Numbered from the stretch's first letter, positions 21,214 to 30,025 are shown. The stretch: DNA of 47,391 nucleotides from Candidatus Hermodarchaeota archaeon (GCA_048885525.1 JBHLLP010000026.1:1-47391); one strand, 5' to 3'. The notes: a model not told the origin generated them from the letters alone. A program made the numbers and translations.

Positions 21214-21822
21214 TTAAATCTTTAATTTGTTTTCAAATTTATCCGCAATTAATTCTAAATATGATTTCCTTATCGATTCTTTCTTATCGATTCCAAAAAC
21301 TTTTAGAAAGTCAAATAAAGCTTGTCGGATCTCTCCAATTTCATTTTCAGAGCCTGATAAATATTCAATTTCCATGAAATGTTGTTTTAATATTGGTAAA
21401 TAATCAATCAATATTTCAATTTGATATTTTTGAAAGTAAAATTCGTATAGTTCTCTTTCCTTTTTTACTGCAAGTATTTCTTGAAATCCTAATTCTTTGA
21501 GAAGTATTTTCATTTTTTCAAGGCTATTTATCTTAATATCAATCTCTTCACGTGATTTTGTCAAGCTATCTATTTTTTTCCCCTTATATGTTATAAAATA
21601 ATTAATTTTTTGATCCAGATCCTTATTGTGTTTGTTAAATTCAATAGATTTTCTTATTCTTAAGGCCTCATCAGTTTTTTTAAAATCTCTTAATCCTTTT
21701 GGCATATTAAAATATGTATCTTCATGAATAAGTGATGTTTTGTAAATACCATTATGTTCTTCAAGCTTTTTTCTAATAATGTCTGGATTTGAGATCCTAA
21801 CTTTTATTTCTACTTCAATCAT
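21214..21822 (-). CDS. cyaB: CYTH-domain protein (class IV adenylate cyclase family)
   Basis: N-terminal EVEIK (ExExK), DTYF, DEALRIR, TYKG, SREE, VKKER, FMEIE and SYLEL. ATG at 21822. Confidence 0.9.
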   Translation of the reverse strand: MIEVEIKVRISNPDIIRKKLEEHNGIYKTSLIHEDTYFNMPKGLRDFKKTDEALRIRKSIEFNKHNKDLDQKINYFITYKGKKIDSLTKSREEIDIKINSLEKMKILLKELGFQEILAVKKERELYEFYFQKYQIEILIDYLPILKQHFMEIEYLSGSENEIGEIRQALFDFLKVFGIDKKESIRKSYLELIADKFENKLKI

Positions 21823-21963
21823 GACACTAATTAACTCTCGATAACAATTATAATTCATTATTTTTTATTAGTATTAATGGATTGAACTCGAGTTGAATCT
21901 CTTATTACAGAAGCACAAAATACTGCAAAAAAACTCTCTGAACGTTATGGGTATCTTCTATAT

Positions 21964-22866
21964 ATGGTGGAGAGATATCTCCAGTTTTTAGGAAGAGATG
22001 ACACAGAAAAACTTTTAGAAGCAAATGAACGGCCATTAATACCCTCATTTCGGGTTAATACTCTTAAAATATCTGTTTCAGAATTGAAAAAACGACTAGA
22101 AAAGAAAGGAATAGAGTTTAAACCAATTGAATGGATTCCATATGGTTTTAAAATAATTAAAGAAACGTTTAATTTAGGTTCTTCTCATGAATTTCTACAA
22201 GGATATTATTATTTACAAAATATTGCGTCAATGCTTTCAGCAGTCATTCTTGATCCCAAACCTAGCGAGCTTGTAGTTGATATGTGTGCTGCTCCTGGAA
22301 GTAAATCAACGCATTTGGCTCAACTAATGAGAAATGAAGGAAGATTAATTTTAATTGATAAAAATAAACGCAGAATTCCTGCTCTAGAAACTAATTTAAG
22401 AAGAATGGGGATTATAAATGCTTTAGTTCTTAACATGGATGCTATAAATTTATCTAGTCTAAAGATAAAACCAGATAAAATTTTATTAGATGCTCCATGT
22501 ACGGGAGAAGGGCTGATAAGACAAGATCCAAGTAGAAAAAAAAGTAAAAAGATGAGAGATCTTGAAAAAATGGCTTCAATTCAAAAGAGTTTATTAACTG
22601 CTGGGTTGAAGACATTGAATTCTAAAGGGGAACTTTTATATTGTACGTGCTCTATTGCACCTGAAGAAAATGAGCTAGTTATTAATGATGTGTTGAATAA
22701 ATTGAATAATTTTAATATCATTAAAATTTCCAAAAATTATGGTGTGAAAGGATTAAATAAGGTTTTTGGAGTTGATTTGTTAGAAGATCTAAAGTTCTCA
22801 CAACGGTTGTATCCCCACCTTCATGATACTTTAGGTTTTTATTTCTGTCTCATAGAAAAGGAATAA
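21964..22866 (+). CDS. NOL1/NOP2/RsmB-family RNA m5C methyltransferase
   Basis: Motifs RVNTLK, GYYYLQ, DMCAAPGSK, LLDAPCTGEG, YCTCS...EENE and PH..GFY. The frame is open upstream to an ATG at 21877 except for one TGA at 21883-21885. Confidence 0.93.
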   Translation: MVERYLQFLGRDDTEKLLEANERPLIPSFRVNTLKISVSELKKRLEKKGIEFKPIEWIPYGFKIIKETFNLGSSHEFLQGYYYLQNIASMLSAVILDPKPSELVVDMCAAPGSKSTHLAQLMRNEGRLILIDKNKRRIPALETNLRRMGIINALVLNMDAINLSSLKIKPDKILLDAPCTGEGLIRQDPSRKKSKKMRDLEKMASIQKSLLTAGLKTLNSKGELLYCTCSIAPEENELVINDVLNKLNNFNIIKISKNYGVKGLNKVFGVDLLEDLKFSQRLYPHLHDTLGFYFCLIEKE

Positions 22867-23300
22867 TGAATTAGTTGGGGAATTTTGGTCCATATGATTT
22901 TATAGGATAATATAAACACCTATAAATTATATATTGCTTCGTTATTGGAATCCATACTGTCATTTTGAGTTTTATGAACACTAGCTTTATGAATGATTTT
23001 AATAATTATTAAAAAAATTGATGTTTTCGCCTAAAATATAGTAATATGTTAGAGATAATTAATAATAAAAGCTCCCAATTTTTTAGACTTTCAAAAAAGT
23101 CAAGAATTTTTTCCAATTTAGATTTGTTCTACGATTATTTGGATCTATATTTATTAAGAAATAATCTTTATAGAATAATTGACAGAAAAATAAAAGACAC
23201 CAAAATTAGGAAATTAGTAAAACTTAAACTTCCAAAAGTCCTTGAGTTTCGAGCAAATTCTTTAGATTTCAATCAAATATTACAATTGGTTATTTCGATT

Positions 23301-24023
23301 ATGAAAATTCAGATTTTATCTAAGTCTATAGGATTAGAGCATCCAACTGTGAAAAGAGTTATAGAGATAGCTGAGGAAATTATGAGTAAAAATAAGGTAT
23401 TAAATATAGAAACTCTTTATTACATGGCAAAAAAAAGTTTAAAATTATCTAGACAAGGACTCTTGTTTATAATTCAATTTTTAATAAATTAAAGAATTTT
23501 GATTGAAGGTTCAAAATTTTCGAAAAAAACAGTTCTTTCTAATCTTACCAGAAGAAAGATTTTCAATTATATAAAAATGAACCCCGATATACATTTTTCT
23601 AATTTAAGAAAGAAAGCTTTATCGGGGGAGTTAATAAGTTCGGGACAATTAGTATGGCACTTAGAGATGTTATTAAACTTTAATTACATCAAGAAAATTA
23701 AAGTAGGGAATTATAGTATATTCTTCCCAATAGATATGGATGAAGAAACAGCTAGTTCTATTTTTCTTCTGAGAGATAGAATAAATAATAAAATAATTCA
23801 CTTGCTTAGTGAAAAAAATTTGATAGTTAAATCAGAGATCTATAAAGAGATAAATGAAAAGAGGGAAAACGTTTATTATCATATTAACAATTTAATTGAT
23901 TATCAATTAATTACTTTAAGTAAAGAATCGGATAAAATTGTCTATATAAATCCAAAAAAAAAGAAAATTGTTACTAATATTCTAAAAAAATCAAAATATA
24001 TATTCACTAGAACTGATCAATAA
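23301..24023 (+). pseudogene. Multi-winged-helix DNA-binding protein interrupted by one in-frame TAA (ORFs 23046-23492 and 23499-24023)
   Basis: Both ORFs are in the same frame and read ...QFLIN*RILIEGSKF. The second half has wHTH patterns RRKIFNYIKMNPDIHF, LVWHLEML and VYYHINNL. ATG at 23301 is the likely start. Confidence 0.65.
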
Positions 24024-24042
24024 ATAAGAAAGGGGAGTTCAT

Positions 24043-25358
24043 ATGGTACTAAATTGGAATATTGAAGTTATTATTGATTTTCTTCTAGCTATTGTTGGGA
24101 TAATATTATCAATAACAAGTTATATCTCTCCAAAAGCAAAAAAGATTACATCCTTGTTTTTTATTCGACTTGGCTTCATCTCCTTTTGGTTATTTATGTT
24201 ACTAGATGGATTGGCATTTCTATTTTTGAGTGAATTACTTGGAATAATTGATGGTTTGCTTCTAATACCCTCAGCTATATTTATAATAATAGGAATTAAT
24301 TACGCAATCAAAGAACACTTCTATTCTATCGCTCTTATTATTGTTCTTAGCTTAGCTGTTTTATTCATATATGTAGCATTTCTACCAGGTGCAGTTGTTT
24401 TAGAATTTCAATCTGGTTATCTTAGAATTAGATGGATTGGTTTATTTAATATATTAGGCATGACATTTAGTGGTATTTCAACGTATTATTTGTTTTATTG
24501 GGGTATAAAAACATGGTTAAATACACCATTTTTAATTAAAAAGGAAGCATCCTTATTCTTTTTCGGGATATTGCTTATTTTTCCTTTAGCTTTTCTATTT
24601 TATATCTTATATATTTATGAACGGATGCTTATTCTTGTTTCTGATTTAGCTATTGTAGTAGGTGCTCTAATAATATCGATCACGGTTATGAAAGAACCTA
24701 AATTACTATATATATTACCTTTTACAATCTATAGAATTGTCGTAAAAGATAGAAGAGGTCAACCTTTGTATGATCATGATTGGTCTGAATCAAACATAAG
24801 TGAAACTATCTTCACGGGATTCTTAAATGCCGTTCAACTTATGAGTGAGGAAGTGATACATATGGGTGGATTACTTGACATTCATTTAGAAGATGGAATT
24901 CTAATTGTCAGAGAATCTGAACGAATAACTGTTGGGTTGGTGGCATCTAAATCATCGATACTGTTAAAAGATTCGGTATTAAATTTACTGCTGATTTTGA
25001 GAAAAAATTTGACCATTTATTAAAGAAATCAATAATTGATATGGCTCAATATGAGGAAGCATTTGAACTCATAGAAAAATATTTTTCCAACTTTCCTTAT
25101 AAAACTATAAAAAACAAAAAGCAACCATTACTGTTAACGGGTAAGTATTTAAAACTTCCATTGGAAATAGAAAATAAACTCAGAAGTATATTCAAGGAGG
25201 AAGAGGAATTTGAAGCTGTGAAAGCTGAACTGATGAAATCTCCCATTTCATTCATTCCTAATTTTGTAAAACTATATAATGATTTGAAAGATGAGATGGA
25301 AAAAATTTCACGTGAAGATATGAAGGCTTTTGATGATAAATATGACAAAAACAATTAG
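24043..25358 (+). CDS. 7-TM membrane protein fused to a C-terminal longin-like domain; frame split at about 24981-24987 (frameshift lesion or programmed -1 shift)
   Basis: GGGGAG ribosome-binding site; seven hydrophobic helices; then IVVKDRRGQPLY...IFTGFLNAVQLMSEEV...ITVGLVA. The -1 frame continues TADFEKKFDHLLKKSIID directly into ORF 25041-25358. Confidence 0.65.
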
Positions 25359-25684
25359 TTTGATTCAAACTTCTAACTAACTAACCTTATTTAATATTAT
25401 TTTTTTTTTGTATAAAATCGGTCCTAATTATTTTATATATTTAGAAGATAAAAAGTATCATAATTCTATTTCATTTCAGAATTTAAGGGAGTTCTGGGCG
25501 GAGTCCTCCTTTTTTAAAAATTTAGATGAATAAAAGAATGAATTATATCTTAAATTGTGGTTATTATTTTTTGCTATTCCCATTCAATTACGAAGTCTAA
25601 AGATTTGTTCTATTATCATTAAAATACATTTCGAAAAATAACTGGCTATAAAAAATAATTAAATTTTTTTAATTTTTTTATAAA

Positions 25685-26263
25685 TTATTGACTCTTTCTT
25701 AAATAATCTCCTTTATCAATTAAATTTATAGCAATTATGTCATTCTGTTTAAAGTTTTTAAGATTAGTATAATCAATGTTAGATTTAGCTAATGCTATAA
25801 TCTCATCAAGTTGATTAAAAATTAGTAATAAATCGTTTTGTTTTATAGATTCTGGAATTTTAAGAATCATATTTTTTAAGATATTATTGCCATAAAGAAT
25901 GGATTTTTCTCCTTTTTCATTCACATATAACTTTTTAAAATCTGAATATAAATTACTTATGTATAAAAATTCTGCCCCTTCTAGACTAAATAAGAAATTT
26001 CCTTTCTTAATGAATCCTAAATATAAACCAGCTGAGAGGATTTTATTACTATCAATTGTTTTCAATAGTTCATAATGATTCCTTGAAATAAGGAAAATTT
26101 TTGGGAATTTAACTTTAGATGATGAGCTTTCAATTGAAATATATAGGAATTTTTTAAGATTATAAATTACTTGAGAAATTCCCGAAGAAATTTTATTAAG
26201 GGAAGTAATTATTATTTCTTTTTCAATTTCATTAATCTGTCTAAAATTGAAGTTATCATTCAT
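25685..26263 (-). CDS. nip7: NIP7-like ribosome biogenesis protein (PUA domain)
   Basis: SAGLYLGFIKK..F.FSLEG, GEKSILYGNNI, D.L.I.NQ.DE.IALA and NLIDKGDYLR match the NIP7 C-terminal signature. Confidence 0.8.
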   Translation of the reverse strand: MNDNFNFRQINEIEKEIIITSLNKISSGISQVIYNLKKFLYISIESSSSKVKFPKIFLISRNHYELLKTIDSNKILSAGLYLGFIKKGNFLFSLEGAEFLYISNLYSDFKKLYVNEKGEKSILYGNNILKNMILKIPESIKQNDLLLIFNQLDEIIALAKSNIDYTNLKNFKQNDIIAINLIDKGDYLRKSQ

Positions 26264-26342
26264 TTTCAATTAAAATAAAAAGAAATAAGAAGATTTATTA
26301 TTATTAATCTATAAAGGTATTAAAAAATAGTGTTATCTAGAA

Positions 26343-27056
26343 ATGGGCATTCGTAAGATAGAAGATGAGATAGATCTCAAAGAAGCGATGAAAAAAAAGG
26401 CAGCCGAATTAAAAATGAAAGACATGCAAGCAAAAGCTTCTATTGAAAAATTTACAAAAGATAGACTTAGGGAATTAGCTAAAAAACATGGTGTACTATT
26501 AGCCTTAACACCAGAGTTAAGACAGGAAGTAAAAGAACTACAGCGAAAATATAATATTCCTTCTTCAAAAATTATAACTGAACAAATAACAGAACATGAT
26601 GTATTGCGAAAATTCTCTAAAATTGATCATCAAAAATTAGGAATGTTAGCATACCAAAGAGTATTAATGAGTAAAGAGGAAACTGGAGGAATAATCCCAT
26701 TATCAGAAGTTTTTGAATTAGTAAATACAGGAATATTAAACGGCAACATTGAAGTAAAAGATGTCGAAAAATCTCTGCGAATGTTGAAAAAGACAAAAGT
26801 AATTGAAGATATAACCGAATTAGATTCAGGAGCCATTATAATAAGGTTTTTTCCAATTCAATACACTGGAGATGAATCGAAAGTCGTAGATTTAGCAAAA
26901 GAGAAAGGTGTTCTCACTTTGGAAGATGTGTGTGCTATTTTAGAATGGAGCCAAGATCGAGCACTTCGGGCCTTAGAAAGTCTCGAAAGGACGGGAATTG
27001 CTAAATTCAGAGAAAATATTTTAACTGGAAAACAATGGTATTTCCCATCGATATAA
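26343..27056 (+). CDS. vps22: ESCRT-II subunit, EAP30 domain (Vps22/Vps36-like)
   Basis: Basic N-terminal helix; patterns LRELAKKH, P.LR, ETGGIIPLSEV and DVEKSL..L; tandem winged helices with W..DRA..AL..L; C-terminal QWYFPS. Adjacent to Vps25 and Vps4. Confidence 0.88.
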   Translation: MGIRKIEDEIDLKEAMKKKAAELKMKDMQAKASIEKFTKDRLRELAKKHGVLLALTPELRQEVKELQRKYNIPSSKIITEQITEHDVLRKFSKIDHQKLGMLAYQRVLMSKEETGGIIPLSEVFELVNTGILNGNIEVKDVEKSLRMLKKTKVIEDITELDSGAIIIRFFPIQYTGDESKVVDLAKEKGVLTLEDVCAILEWSQDRALRALESLERTGIAKFRENILTGKQWYFPSI

Positions 27057-27069
27057 TAGAGTATAAGTC

Positions 27070-27972
27070 TTATTCTAATTTAATTTTGAATGCTAGTTTT
27101 CCATCATCTAATTTCATAATTTTAGCTTTCCGGTTTTTTGCTAGAATCTTAAAAATCTCTTCTAAATCTTCAAGCGGAAGTGAACTAAAATCTTCTTGTT
27201 TTGCTTCTCTAAGTTCATATATCATAATAGGCTCAATTTTACCGTTATCATACGCCCATTGATATATCTCATCTGACCATACTTCGAGTGTTTTCCAATA
27301 TACTCTTAATTTTTCTTTCTTTTTTGAGAGCCATTTTGCCTGATTTTGACTAATCAATTGTTCAGCAATTTCTATTATATATTGTTCACGTTTGGTGAAA
27401 TTTATAAATGGTTTACGAGTTATCAACTCTCTAGTATAGATTATATGAAGAACAGCAAATCGAGCATAATCAAAAAGAACTTTTGCCCATTCTGTTTTCC
27501 AAGAAAGGTAATCATTTTTATTTTTGCTTTTATCAGGAATAGAATACATGAATTTTTTTCTTTCTTCCTCAAGCCAGGGATAAGCTGCCAGCAAATTTTC
27601 ATAAGCAGTTAGCTTTTTCTCGATTAAACCCTTTTCCCCAATAATTTCTTCTTCTAGAGTTTGCAGTTCTGATTCAATCTGATCAGCATGTTGTTGATAG
27701 ACTTTCTGATCGATTTTTCCAAGTTCAGTTGATAAAATACTTTCAAGTTTGTCAAATTGATCTTCAATGTAATCTAAGTTTGTAACTTTAATTTCATTTT
27801 CTTTAATGATTTGTTTTTGAGTTGCCTCTATTTCCAATTGCTCTTTTTCTTTTTTTAGTTGTTTTAGCCTAGCTAGTTCTTTTTTTAATTCTCCTAACTC
27901 TTTTTCGGCTTTTTCTTTAATTTCCTTTGGAATTTCAGTTGATTTTTCTCTTTGTCGTTCCATTTTAATCAT
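27070..27972 (-). CDS. vps25: ESCRT-II subunit Vps25-like, with an N-terminal coiled-coil extension
   Basis: C-terminal ~170 aa shows the Vps25 pattern EWAKVLFDYAR, PF.N..R, A.W, VYWKTLEVWSDEIYQWA..NG, YEL and AFKI. Directly downstream of vps4 (8-nt gap). Confidence 0.88.
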   Translation of the reverse strand: MIKMERQREKSTEIPKEIKEKAEKELGELKKELARLKQLKKEKEQLEIEATQKQIIKENEIKVTNLDYIEDQFDKLESILSTELGKIDQKVYQQHADQIESELQTLEEEIIGEKGLIEKKLTAYENLLAAYPWLEEERKKFMYSIPDKSKNKNDYLSWKTEWAKVLFDYARFAVLHIIYTRELITRKPFINFTKREQYIIEIAEQLISQNQAKWLSKKKEKLRVYWKTLEVWSDEIYQWAYDNGKIEPIMIYELREAKQEDFSSLPLEDLEEIFKILAKNRKAKIMKLDDGKLAFKIKLE

Positions 27973-27980
27973 TTAATTTC

Positions 27981-29198
27981 CTAAAATTCTCCGAATTCTT
28001 TTGCCCAATCATTATATTGTTTTAATAATGCTGCATTGGTCATCGGTTTTACTTTCTTGAGAGTTTTTTTAAAATCCTTTAAATTAATATCTCTAACCTT
28101 TACTTCTTTACCTGAATCTTCTAAAAGACCACTCATGTCTAACTCACGTACAGGCAGCATTATCACCTCACGACAAACATTTGCTATATCTCTTCCAGAA
28201 TAACCTTCACTTCTTACTGCTAATTCAACAAAGTCCTCGTCTGTCAATGCTGAATCCACTCCTTCAGTATGGATTCTAAAAATTCCAGCTCTACCTTTTA
28301 AATCTGGAAGAGGTACATGCACCCTTTTTTCAAATCTACTTAACATAGCATTATCTATGTCCCAAGGACGATTTGTTGCTCCCAATACCAATAATGGCTT
28401 TCCATGACCTGATTTTAACCCTTGTATTTCGCTTAATAACTGAGTTTTAACTCTTCGCTCACCACCACTCTCAGAACCCTCTCCCCGTTTTGTTGCTACA
28501 GAATCAATCTCATCCATAAATATTAAACTAGGGGCTTTTAATCTAGCCACTTTAAACAAAGAACTGATTAATTTTTCACTTTCACCCAACCATTTACTCA
28601 ATAAATCAGCAGATGATGCACTAAAAAAGGTAGCTTTACATTCAGTTGCGGCTGCTTTTGCTAATAATGTTTTACCACATCCTGGAGGTCCAAAGAGTAA
28701 TATTCCTGACCAAGGCTTTCTTGCACCAGTAAACAATTCTGGCTTTGCTATTGGTAAAACTATAGCTTCTCTCACAGCCTGCTTGACATTTTCTAATCCA
28801 GCAATATCATCCCATTTTACATTAGGAGATTCTGTAACAATAGTACCAGATATCATATCAACGAGTTCTTGTTCTTCTGATGAGACAGCAGCTTCAGATT
28901 TATCAGCACCTGCATCCCCAGATTCACCAGGTGCTGCAATATGTCTTACAGCTCTAGGTCTAGATCCTCCTAGTTGGGATTTTAATATTTTTGCTCTTTC
29001 AACATACTCTTCAATATTTTTTTGACATAACATTCTCATCTGAGGATTTTTATTGTATTTCATGAACTGCATTAAGATCTCTGCGGCTCTCTGATATTTG
29101 TTTATTGCTTGTCGAAATTTTCCTTGACTATCTAAAAGAACCGCTTCTTTTGCCGTTTGAACAGCATATTGATATAGTTTCGAATCTACCGACGACAT
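27981..29198 (-). CDS. vps4: Vps4 AAA+ ATPase with N-terminal MIT domain
   Basis: MIT domain (A...A.EAV..D..G....A...Y..A); PNVKWDDIAGL; Walker A GPPGCGKT; pore loop SKWLGESEK; Walker B IFMDEIDS; GATNRPW; C-terminal YNDWAKEFG. Confidence 0.96.
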   Translation of the reverse strand: MSSVDSKLYQYAVQTAKEAVLLDSQGKFRQAINKYQRAAEILMQFMKYNKNPQMRMLCQKNIEEYVERAKILKSQLGGSRPRAVRHIAAPGESGDAGADKSEAAVSSEEQELVDMISGTIVTESPNVKWDDIAGLENVKQAVREAIVLPIAKPELFTGARKPWSGILLFGPPGCGKTLLAKAAATECKATFFSASSADLLSKWLGESEKLISSLFKVARLKAPSLIFMDEIDSVATKRGEGSESGGERRVKTQLLSEIQGLKSGHGKPLLVLGATNRPWDIDNAMLSRFEKRVHVPLPDLKGRAGIFRIHTEGVDSALTDEDFVELAVRSEGYSGRDIANVCREVIMLPVRELDMSGLLEDSGKEVKVRDINLKDFKKTLKKVKPMTNAALLKQYNDWAKEFGEF

Positions 29199-29386
29199 GA
29201 TAACTTTATAAATACAATTATATTATTTATTGCTAATCTAATTTAACAATCAGTAATATTAATAGTTTTATCAGTATATATCAAATTTACTCTTTAACCT
29301 ACGAGTATAATGATTGGTCTTCAAAAAAATTAAATACCTATCATAGCATTTATATATTATACAATTACTTATAAGATTTGATAAAT

Positions 29387-30025
29387 ATGGGTTTTCTAAA
29401 AGATATCTCAAAGTGGTTGTCAGGAAATAGACGGGATAAGGACAATGTTCGATCAGCTGCTGTCAAATTAAAAGTCTTTAATAAAAGATTAATGAGACAA
29501 ACAAAAAAATTAGAGATAAGTGCAAAGCTCGCAAGAGATAAGGCAGTAAATTTAAGGAAGCAAGGAGATTTAGATGGCTCGAAATTTCATGCGAGGAATT
29601 ATCTTCAAGTTAAAAAACAAGCACGTGCGGTAGAAATGTTTCGCACAAATCTGGAAGGACTCCTTTTCAAATTAGAACAAGCTACTGCTGTCAAAGATGT
29701 ATCTCAAATTATGACAGGTATAGCGCAATCTTTAGCAACTTTAAAAAGTCAACTTTCAGTCCCACAAATGACAGAAATAATGAGTCAAATTGATATCGAC
29801 ATGGAGGAATTTGCTGTAACCGCCGATATTGCAACAGAAGGTATGGATAGTATCAGTATCGATACTGCTGTCACGGATTCAGATGTAAATGAAGTTTTAG
29901 GGGAAATTGATGCCGAAATCCAAGTAGAGATGGGGGTGGCTTTACCAAGCGCTGCTTCAGGTGCTTCTGATGAAAAGATAGCTGAATTAGAGAAAGAATT
30001 AAACCGTCTCAAATCAGACGAATAA
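29387..30025 (+). CDS. ESCRT-III subunit, Vps2/Vps24/Vps46 (CHMP1-3) class
   Basis: Amphipathic N-terminus MGFLKDISKWL; basic hairpin with KQGD..GSKFHARNY; acidic C-half; MIM1-like tail ELEKELNRLK. Divergent from vps4. ATG at 29387. Confidence 0.9.
   Translation: MGFLKDISKWLSGNRRDKDNVRSAAVKLKVFNKRLMRQTKKLEISAKLARDKAVNLRKQGDLDGSKFHARNYLQVKKQARAVEMFRTNLEGLLFKLEQATAVKDVSQIMTGIAQSLATLKSQLSVPQMTEIMSQIDIDMEEFAVTADIATEGMDSISIDTAVTDSDVNEVLGEIDAEIQVEMGVALPSAASGASDEKIAELEKELNRLKSDE

Noticed and set aside
22866-22910. Possible eukaryote-like SECIS (ATGA-N11-AA...GA) after the NOP2 gene that might recode the TGA at 21883
   Set aside because: The would-be helix II does not base-pair for either downstream GA, and a Sec at residue 3 has no functional rationale.
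23046-23300. First 85 codons of ORF 23046-23492
   Set aside because: Low-complexity K/I/L/N-rich translation of AT-rich DNA. The protein-like sequence begins at the ATG at 23301.
27981-29198. Alternative call as CdvC of a crenarchaeal Cdv system, or as katanin/p97
   Set aside because: It has a single AAA domain with MIT, its neighbours are ESCRT-II genes, and no cdvA is present. This fits Asgard Vps4.
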